Shown in pieces: positions 57,806 to 64,000 of a DNA stretch of 64,000 nt (its first letter is position 1; each line of letters starts with the position of its first letter). The notes beneath the pieces are model-generated. The model made no database searches, was not told the origin of the DNA, and was given only the letters and a program-made list of their open reading frames with translations. The DNA is from Alphaproteobacteria bacterium (GTDB lineage: Bacteria > Pseudomonadota > Alphaproteobacteria > UBA6615), in assembly GCA_002727315.1 (NCBI GenBank), contig PBWR01000009.1:29532-93531 (forward strand), read 5' to 3'. The translations under genes were made by a program, and so were the position numbers.

Positions 57806-58771
57806 ATGACGCAGCTGCCGACCAGAACCGAGATCGAAACCGCGGCCGAAACGGTCTACGCGGCCATGTCGCCGACCCCGCAATATGCGTGGCCCCTGCT
57901 CGCCGAGGCGAGCGGTGTAAATGTCTGGGTCAAGCATGAGAACCACACGCCCATCGGCGCGTTCAAGGTGCGCGGCGGACTGGTCTATATGGACCGGCTG
58001 CGCCGCGAAAAGCCCGATGTCCGCGGCGCCATCGCGGCCACCCGCGGCAACCACGGACAGTCTATCGCCTTCGCCGCGCGCGCCAGCGGCATCCACGCCG
58101 TCATCGTAGTGCCCGAGGGAAACTCGACCGAGAAGAACGACGCCATGCGCGCCTTTGGCGCGGAGTTGCTGGTGCACGGCCACGACTTCCAGGCCGCGCT
58201 GGAATACGCCGAGGGACAGGCCGTCGAGCGCAACCTCGAGATGGTGCCGTCTTTTGCCGTCGAGCTGGCCCACGGGATTGCAACCTATGGTATGGAGCTT
58301 TTCACGGCCGCGCCCGACCTGGACACGCTGTATGTCCCCATCGGTCTCGGCTCCGGCCTGACCGGCTGTGTCACCGCCCGCGAGGCGCTGGGTCTCAAGA
58401 CCGAAATTGTCGGTGTCGTCTCGGAAAACGCGCCGGCGTATGCCCTGTCCTTCGCCAAGGGCGAGGCCGTGTCCACCAACAGTGCGGGCACCTTCGCCGA
58501 CGGGCTTGCCTGCCGAGTGCCGGCCGCCGATGCCGTACCGATCGTCTGCAAACACGCGGCCCGGGTCATCACCGTCAGCGAGGACGAAATCAAGGCCGCC
58601 ATCCGCCTTTACTATCGCACCACCCACAATCTGGCGGAAGGCGCTGGGGCGGCGGCGTTGGCCGCGCTGATGCAGGAGCGCGACGCCATGGCCGGACGCA
58701 CGGCCGGGGTCGTCCTGTCCGGTGGCAATATCGATCGCGCGCTCTATCAAGAGATCATCTCCGCCGATTGA
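57806..58771 (+). CDS. PLP-dependent threonine/serine dehydratase family protein
   Basis: PLP-lysine motif HENHTPIGAFKVRGG, GNHGQS, and a Gly-rich loop. The antisense 335-aa ORF lacks any motif. Confidence 0.85.
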   Translation: MTQLPTRTEIETAAETVYAAMSPTPQYAWPLLAEASGVNVWVKHENHTPIGAFKVRGGLVYMDRLRREKPDVRGAIAATRGNHGQSIAFAARASGIHAVIVVPEGNSTEKNDAMRAFGAELLVHGHDFQAALEYAEGQAVERNLEMVPSFAVELAHGIATYGMELFTAAPDLDTLYVPIGLGSGLTGCVTAREALGLKTEIVGVVSENAPAYALSFAKGEAVSTNSAGTFADGLACRVPAADAVPIVCKHAARVITVSEDEIKAAIRLYYRTTHNLAEGAGAAALAALMQERDAMAGRTAGVVLSGGNIDRALYQEIISAD

Positions 58772-58776
58772 TCGCG

Positions 58777-59382
58777 CTACCAGCCGCCGGTCTGAAGCCA
58801 GCGGTCGACCATGTCGAGCCGGTCGACACCCCAGAAGGCCTCGCCGTCGACGATGATGAAGGGCGAGCCGAAGATTTCCCGCTCGATCGCCGCGTCGGTT
58901 TCCGTTTTCAGCTGTTCCTTGATCGCCGGGGCCTGCAGCCCTTCGAGCAGTGCATCGCGGTCGAAGCCGGCGGCCGCGGCCGCATCTGCTACGGCGTCGG
59001 GGCCTGCGATGTCCTTTCCTTCGCCGAGCGCTGCGTTGTACAGCGCGAGCGTCATGTCGCGGGCCTTTCCCACCTCCTGCGCCTTGGCCCAGTAGACGGC
59101 CCGGGACGCCGCCACCGGCGAGAACGGAAAATCCGCAGGTGGGTTGTAGGTCACGTCGTGAAAACGGGCAGACCGGGCGAAGTCGTGCCGGGCATAGTCG
59201 CCCTTCATGGGCACATGGGGCAGAGGGACGGCGCCGGTGACCTTGAAGACTGCACCCAGCAGGAACGGTTTCCAGTCGACAGCACGGCCGTGTTTTGCCG
59301 CGACATCGTCGATCAGGTGTGCGGCGATGTAGCCGTACGGGCTGTTGAAGTCAAAAAAGAACTCTAACGGTGCATCGGACAT
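58777..59382 (-). CDS. 2-hydroxychromene-2-carboxylate isomerase family (DsbA-like) protein
   Basis: LEFFFDFNSPYGYIA N-terminus and C-terminal IFGSPFIIVDGEAFWG. Confidence 0.85.
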   Translation of the reverse strand: MSDAPLEFFFDFNSPYGYIAAHLIDDVAAKHGRAVDWKPFLLGAVFKVTGAVPLPHVPMKGDYARHDFARSARFHDVTYNPPADFPFSPVAASRAVYWAKAQEVGKARDMTLALYNAALGEGKDIAGPDAVADAAAAAGFDRDALLEGLQAPAIKEQLKTETDAAIEREIFGSPFIIVDGEAFWGVDRLDMVDRWLQTGGW

Positions 59383-59403
59383 GGTTTCCCCCCGGTGTTT
59401 CGT

Positions 59404-60540
59404 TCAATCGGCCGCAATATCACGGCCGATGATCAGTCGCTGGATGTCGCTGGTGCCTTCATAGATCTTCGTCACCCGCACGTCGCGGTAGATCCGCTCG
59501 ACCGGAAACCCCTGCAGGTATCCGTAGCCGCCGAATATCTGAATCGCATCGGAGCAGACCTCCTCGGCCATCTCCGAGGCGTAGAGCTTGGCCATCGCCG
59601 CCTCGCTGAGGCACGGCGCGCCCGCATCGCGCAACCGCGCTGCATTGTGAGTGACCTGGCGTGCCGCCTCGATCTTGGTGCGCATGTCCGCAAGGCGAAA
59701 GATCACCGCCTGGTGCTCGATGATCGCCTTGCCGAAAGTCTCGCGTTCCTTGGCGTAGGCGACGGCGTGCTCGTAGGCCGACCGCGCCATGCCGATCGCC
59801 TGGGCCGCGATGCCGATGCGCCCGCCTTCAAGGTTCGATAGCGCGATGCGGTAACCCTCACCCTCCTCGCCCAGCAGCAGGTCGGGGGTGAGTTCCATAT
59901 CGTCGAACACCAGCTGGCAGGTGTCTGACGCGCGCTGACCCAGCTTCTGCTCCACCGAGGTGACGCGATAACCGGGCGTGTCCGTCGGCACGATGAAGGC
60001 ACTCATGCCCTTGCCGCCCGCTTCGGGATCGGTCTTGGCAAAGACGATCACCACGTCGGCGTTCTTACCCGAGGTGATGAACTGCTTGGTGCCGTTGAGT
60101 ACATACTTGTTTCCGGCCTTCTCGGCGCGGGTCTGGATGGCGCCGGCATCCGAGCCGGCGACCGGCTCGGTCAGGGCAAACGCCCCCAGGGTTTCGCCCG
60201 TTGCCAACGGCCGCAGGAAACGTTCTTTCTGATCGTCACTGCCGAAATTCAGCACCGGCAGGCAGGCGACCGAATTGTGCACGGCCATAATGGTCGAGCA
60301 CGAGCCGTCACCGGCAGCGATCTCCTCCAGGGCCAACGCGTGCGTCAGCGTGTCGGCGCCCGACCCGCCCCATTCTTCCGGCACGACCATGCCCAGTAGA
60401 CCCAGATCGGCCATCCCCCGAACGGCTTCTTCGGGGAATCGGGACTCACGATCCCAGTCGGGTGCGTTCGGCGCGAGCTGTTCGGCCGCGAATGCACCCG
60501 CCATGTCGCGGATCATGACCTGTTCGTCAGTCAGCGACAT
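59404..60540 (-). CDS. Acyl-CoA dehydrogenase (short/branched-chain, isobutyryl-CoA DH-like)
   Basis: Full-length ACAD sequence (GAFALTEPVAGSDA, FGGYGY, IYEGTSDIQRLIIGR). ATG at 60540. Confidence 0.9.
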   Translation of the reverse strand: MSLTDEQVMIRDMAGAFAAEQLAPNAPDWDRESRFPEEAVRGMADLGLLGMVVPEEWGGSGADTLTHALALEEIAAGDGSCSTIMAVHNSVACLPVLNFGSDDQKERFLRPLATGETLGAFALTEPVAGSDAGAIQTRAEKAGNKYVLNGTKQFITSGKNADVVIVFAKTDPEAGGKGMSAFIVPTDTPGYRVTSVEQKLGQRASDTCQLVFDDMELTPDLLLGEEGEGYRIALSNLEGGRIGIAAQAIGMARSAYEHAVAYAKERETFGKAIIEHQAVIFRLADMRTKIEAARQVTHNAARLRDAGAPCLSEAAMAKLYASEMAEEVCSDAIQIFGGYGYLQGFPVERIYRDVRVTKIYEGTSDIQRLIIGRDIAAD

Positions 60541-61183
60541 TGTCCGGGATTTCTCCTGCAACGAGTTGGGTTAGGCCATCGCCATCCGGATTGATGTCGC
60601 AAAGGCGCCCGGCCAGCAGATCGACCCACCAGCCGTGCAAATGCAGGTCACCGGCCTCGACCTTCTCGGCAATCCACGGAAACGTCATGAGGTTCCGCAA
60701 GGACATCCGGATGCCGGCATGCTCCACCGCTTCCTGTTCCGGCACGTTACCATCGGCATCGCAGGGGCATGCATCCGCGGCGTTCTGGATCCAAGGGCCT
60801 ATGAAGTCGCGCGGCAGATCTTCTCCCGCCATTGTCGCGCGCAGCGCCTTGATGCCGCCGCAGGCCGAATGCCCGAGAATGACAATATGCTGCACGCCGA
60901 GATCACGAACCGCGAACTCCATCGCCGCGCAGGTGGCGTCGGGATTTTCGCCGGGGCCGTAGGGCGGCACCAGGTTCGCCACATTGCGCACCACGAACAA
61001 TTCTCCCGGCTCGCTGTCGAACAACAGGGCCGGATCGATACGGGAATCGGCACACGCGATGAACAGGACATCGGGCGACTGCCCGTGGACCGCCAAATCG
61101 TGCATGCGTTCCGGGCACTGTTCGTAGTAGCGCGCCCGAAAACCGCGATACCCCGTTATCAGCCGTTGCTCTGCCTCTACCAC
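60527..61183 (-). CDS. Beta-class carbonic anhydrase
   Basis: Zinc ligand motifs CADSR and GHSACGG. The 3' end overlaps the ACAD start by 14 nt. Confidence 0.9.
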   Translation of the reverse strand: MVEAEQRLITGYRGFRARYYEQCPERMHDLAVHGQSPDVLFIACADSRIDPALLFDSEPGELFVVRNVANLVPPYGPGENPDATCAAMEFAVRDLGVQHIVILGHSACGGIKALRATMAGEDLPRDFIGPWIQNAADACPCDADGNVPEQEAVEHAGIRMSLRNLMTFPWIAEKVEAGDLHLHGWWVDLLAGRLCDINPDGDGLTQLVAGEIPDNVAD

Positions 61184-61845
61184 GCTACCTCCTTACCGCG
61201 ATAATCGAGAAAATATCCGGCGTCTGCGGCGCTGAGGCCGGCCATGACCCTGCGAATGCCGGTCACGCTTTCCGCCGGTGTGATGGCTGCATAGGCGCCC
61301 GTCATGTCGGTCTGCACATAGCCGGGGTGTAGAGCGATCGCGACGACACCCCGGTCGCGCCACTGGGGCTCGATGTCGCGAAACCGCTTGTTCAGCTCGC
61401 CCTTCGAATCTCCGTAAAGGTCGGGACTGCCGGCGCGTGGGCGGCCGGACCCCTGGACGCTCGACATCACCGCGACCTTCTTCTGGTCGCTCGCCGCGAC
61501 GCTGTCCAGCAACGCCGAAACGGTGACGATCGGCGCCTCGGCATTGATGCGCAAGACTTCGGCCGTTGTATCCGGGTCCGCCTTGCCGTGGCCCGGATTC
61601 ACGCCGGCATTGTGAATCAAGATATCGATCGCGACCTTCGAAAGGGCATCGGCCAACCGCGCCACATGGGTGTCGCTGGTCACATCCAGATGGTGCAGGC
61701 GCACATCCCCCTTCAACGCGCCCAGGGCGCCCGGACGGTCCGGGGTCCGCATCGTCGCGTAGACCCGGCATCCGTCAGCGGCGTATTGCCGGGCCAGCTC
61801 GAGGCCGATGCCCCGGCTCGCGCCGATGATCGCGACATTCGTCAT
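61177..61845 (-). CDS. Short-chain dehydrogenase/reductase (CsgA/C-factor-like SDR)
   Basis: IIGASRGIG cofactor motif, NAG, YGDSK catalytic motif. Confidence 0.85.
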   Translation of the reverse strand: MTNVAIIGASRGIGLELARQYAADGCRVYATMRTPDRPGALGALKGDVRLHHLDVTSDTHVARLADALSKVAIDILIHNAGVNPGHGKADPDTTAEVLRINAEAPIVTVSALLDSVAASDQKKVAVMSSVQGSGRPRAGSPDLYGDSKGELNKRFRDIEPQWRDRGVVAIALHPGYVQTDMTGAYAAITPAESVTGIRRVMAGLSAADAGYFLDYRGKEVAW

Positions 61846-61861
61846 GATGTCACCCGACCGG

Positions 61862-62512
61862 TCACCATGGGTGTTCCGTTCCCTTCCAGGTCAGGAAATG
61901 GCCGCTATCGTCCTGGGTCATCTCGTTAATGACCCGCCGCATGCCGCTGACGCTCTCGGTCACGGAGACCGGCGCGCCATGGCCGCCCATATTCGTTGCC
62001 ACCCAGCCGGGGTGAAAGACGACCGACGTGATGTCCTTCGCCCGCCACGCGGGTTCGATCTCGCGAAAACGGTCGTTCAGCAGGCATTTCGATTCACCGT
62101 AGAGGGATGTCGGCGTGCCGCCGCCATGACGCGCACCCATCTGGCTGGTCAGGATCGCGATCTTTTTACCCGCGCCCCGCTCGACCGCCGGCAAAAGCGC
62201 ACCAACCACATTGAAGGGCGCATCGGCATTGACCGCGATCATCTCCTCGCGCTCGACACCTCTCAGCACACCTGCGCTGTGAATCAGCAAGTCGAGGCCG
62301 CGCCCGTCCAAGGCCTGGGCCAGGGCCGCGATCTGATCGGCGTTGCGCACATCCAGCCCATACAGAGAAACATCACCAGTGATATCGGCCAGGTCGCCGG
62401 GCCGGTCGATGGCGCGGGTGGTGGCGTGCACCTTCCATCCGTCCGCGGCATAGGTTTCGGCGAAGCTGAGGCCTATACCTCGGCTCGCCCCGATGATCGC
62501 GACCGATGGCAT
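61862..62512 (-). CDS. Short-chain dehydrogenase/reductase, tandem paralogue
   Basis: IIGASRGIG, HSAG, YGESK. Colinear with the neighbouring SDR. The ATG at 62512 shares a base with the upstream TGA. Confidence 0.85.
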   Translation of the reverse strand: MPSVAIIGASRGIGLSFAETYAADGWKVHATTRAIDRPGDLADITGDVSLYGLDVRNADQIAALAQALDGRGLDLLIHSAGVLRGVEREEMIAVNADAPFNVVGALLPAVERGAGKKIAILTSQMGARHGGGTPTSLYGESKCLLNDRFREIEPAWRAKDITSVVFHPGWVATNMGGHGAPVSVTESVSGMRRVINEMTQDDSGHFLTWKGTEHPW

Positions 62513-62913
62513 CAGCCTTCTCCCTGCGGATTGGCGCCATTGCGCCGCCTTGCCGTTGCCTCGATCTCGACCTTGATCCGCGGATCGATGAGTTGCGCGA
62601 TCACTGCCGTGGCGGCGGGTGGATTGGGGCCGAGATACTGCTTGAACACGGGCGCCAGCGTTTCGAAGTCGGCTGCATCGGCGATGTAGTAACGGACCCG
62701 CACCAGGTCGGCGAACGAGCATCGTGCAGCCGCCAGCGTCCGGGCAATGTTGGCGAAGACCTGATGCGCCTGTTCGGTCACATCGTCGGAGATGGTTATG
62801 GTCTCATAGTCGAAACCGGTGGTGCCGGAGACATGGACGTAATCCTCGTCGACCACGGCGCGGGAATAGCCGACGGCCTTCTCGAATTCGGAGTTGGTGG
62901 AAATCCGGCGCAT
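62512..62913 (-). CDS. RidA/YjgF-family protein (second copy in the window)
   Basis: 133 aa, VHVSGTTG...PAATAVIAQLIDPRIKVEIEA. Confidence 0.8.
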   Translation of the reverse strand: MRRISTNSEFEKAVGYSRAVVDEDYVHVSGTTGFDYETITISDDVTEQAHQVFANIARTLAAARCSFADLVRVRYYIADAADFETLAPVFKQYLGPNPPAATAVIAQLIDPRIKVEIEATARRRNGANPQGEG

Positions 62914-62922
62914 CGCCTGTCC

Positions 62923-63306
62923 CTATTGTCCCGAAAGCCAGTCGCCGGATTCAACTCGCGCACTGTAGCTGCGCTTGAAGACGCCCTTGGTGCGCCAAAT
63001 CAGTTCATCGCTGTCGCGCAGCACCTGGTAGCACGCCTCACCGGAGCCCTGCCACCAGGAGCAGTACTCGGTCTCGGTCGCCCACCAGCGCCTCAGCTCC
63101 AACCGTGCGCCGTCGGCGCCATAGGCCGAAATGCCGTCGGTCCGGAAGAACAGCCGGTAGTGGGATCCCGCCCAGGTGCCATCGATCGTGTTGCCGTTGA
63201 TCCAGGCCCGGATCTCCGCACCCGTCAGGACCTTCTCCATCGCCGTGGCCGGGGTCGCCGCCGCAACGGCGACCAGCATGGCGAACGGCAGCAGGAAGCG
63301 GCGCAT
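62923..63306 (-). CDS. Hypothetical secreted protein
   Basis: Signal peptide [22 protein letters not shown]. Trp-rich mature part. The ATG shares a base with the ivd TGA. Confidence 0.6.
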   Translation of the reverse strand: MRRFLLPFAMLVAVAAATPATAMEKVLTGAEIRAWINGNTIDGTWAGSHYRLFFRTDGISAYGADGARLELRRWWATETEYCSWWQGSGEACYQVLRDSDELIWRTKGVFKRSYSARVESGDWLSGQ

Positions 63307-64000
63307 CAGGCGGTTTCCTCGAACAGTTCTCGGCCGATCAGCATGCGCCGGATTTCCGACGTTCCGGCGCCGATTTCATAGAGCTTGGCGTCGCGCAGGA
63401 GGCGGCCCGTCGCATACTCGTTCACATAGCCGTTGCCGCCGAGGGTCTGGATTGCCTCAAGCGCCATCCACGTCGCCTTTTCTCCGGCGTAAAGGATTGC
63501 GCCGGCAGCGTCCTTGCGGGTGGTCTCCCCTCGGTCGCAGGCCTGGGCGACGGCATACACATAGGCCTTGCACGCATTCATGGTGACGTACATGTCGGCG
63601 ATCTTGCCCTGCATCAGCTGGAACGTGCCGATCGGCTTGCCGAACTGTTCACGTTCATGGACGTAGGGCACGACGATATCCATGCAGGCCTGCATGATCC
63701 CGAGTGGACCGGCGGCGAGCACCGCGCGCTCATAGTCCAGCCCCGACATCAGGACGTTCACGCCCTTGCCGACCTCGCCCAGCACATTCTCCTCGGGCAC
63801 CTCGCAATCCTCGAAGACCAGCTCGCAGGTGTCCGAACCTCGCATGCCCAGCTTGTCGAGCTTCTGGGCCTGGCTGAAACCCTTGAACCCGCGCTCCACC
63901 AGGAACGCTGTGATGCCGCGCGGCCCGGCGTCGAGGTCGGTCTTGGCATAGATCACATAGGTCTCGGAGACGGGGCCATTGGTGATCCACATCTTGTTGC
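63306..64000 (-). CDS. ivd: Isovaleryl-CoA dehydrogenase (LiuA type), N-terminal part beyond the window edge
   Basis: WITNGP..., [28 protein letters not shown]. The ORF stays open to nt 64000. Confidence 0.9.
   Translation of the reverse strand, partial: NKMWITNGPVSETYVIYAKTDLDAGPRGITAFLVERGFKGFSQAQKLDKLGMRGSDTCELVFEDCEVPEENVLGEVGKGVNVLMSGLDYERAVLAAGPLGIMQACMDIVVPYVHEREQFGKPIGTFQLMQGKIADMYVTMNACKAYVYAVAQACDRGETTRKDAAGAILYAGEKATWMALEAIQTLGGNGYVNEYATGRLLRDAKLYEIGAGTSEIRRMLIGRELFEETA

Noticed and set aside
55917-57809. 630-aa ORF antisense to the mccB and hydratase genes
   Set aside because: It spans two well-supported minus-strand genes and an intergenic gap, and its product has no recognisable domain.
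57743-58750. 335-aa minus-strand ORF competing with the threonine dehydratase call
   Set aside because: The plus-strand product carries the PLP-lysine motif (FKVRGG) and GNHGQS. The minus-strand product is Gly/Arg-rich without motifs.
1-64000. Scan for tRNA/rRNA genes, CRISPR arrays, IS elements, integrases, and toxin-antitoxin or defence-system genes
   Set aside because: I saw no T-loop-type GGTTCGAATCC signatures, no regularly spaced repeats, and no transposase, integrase, helicase-nuclease or toxin-like ORFs. By eye, the window is core chromosome.

Overview
GC-rich (roughly 60-65% by eye) chromosomal segment, about 70 tightly packed protein genes. Alphaproteobacterial hallmarks: a MipZ-type division ATPase, the NDUFA12/MlaD/DUF2155 cluster, a phasin, a single RelA/SpoT (Rsh), a long class II NrdJ, and a membrane J-domain protein. 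Content is mainly housekeeping. Left to right: a TRAP permease (5' partial), bioY, parC, recO, era-rnc-lepB-acpS-pdxJ, spoT-rpoZ-folK, a NYN protein, a UDG, marR, aroQ-accB-accC-aat, DUF2155-mlaD-mlaD-NDUFA12, nrdJ, a RidA protein, a CDF exporter, a FemAB-like GNAT, clpA-clpS, a phasin, a hydrolase, a lipoprotein and a PBP5-SPOR carboxypeptidase. Then maoC, an LLM oxidoreductase, pgm-ugd-galU, a J-domain/VWA/mipZ-like/Mo-oxidoreductase string, a 2OG oxygenase, a GS-like gene plus Fe-ADH, a degraded Leu/Glu-dehydrogenase remnant, and Fe(III) ABC binding protein and permease genes. The window ends with DUF1489, a response regulator and a leucine-catabolism (liu/mcc) cluster interrupted by about 8 unrelated genes. 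I saw no rRNA, tRNA, CRISPR, transposase, integrase or phage genes. The ORF track also contains many long antisense shadow ORFs, typical of high-GC DNA. Items most worth a second look: (1) a translationally coupled MipZ-like ATPase / VWA / membrane J-domain triad behind a cytoplasmic molybdoenzyme; (2) a DctM-type permease with an unrecognised ~330-aa soluble helical tail; (3) a response-regulator gene whose 3' third looks frameshifted; (4) a decayed Leu/Glu dehydrogenase remnant at a low-GC junction next to an iron transporter locus that lacks its ATPase; (5) the split liu cluster with an embedded beta-carbonic anhydrase and a small 2-TM ORF; (6) several candidate operators (MarR, NrdR-like, PhaR-like, Fur-like). 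All functional calls rest on reading motifs in the supplied translations; no database search was possible.
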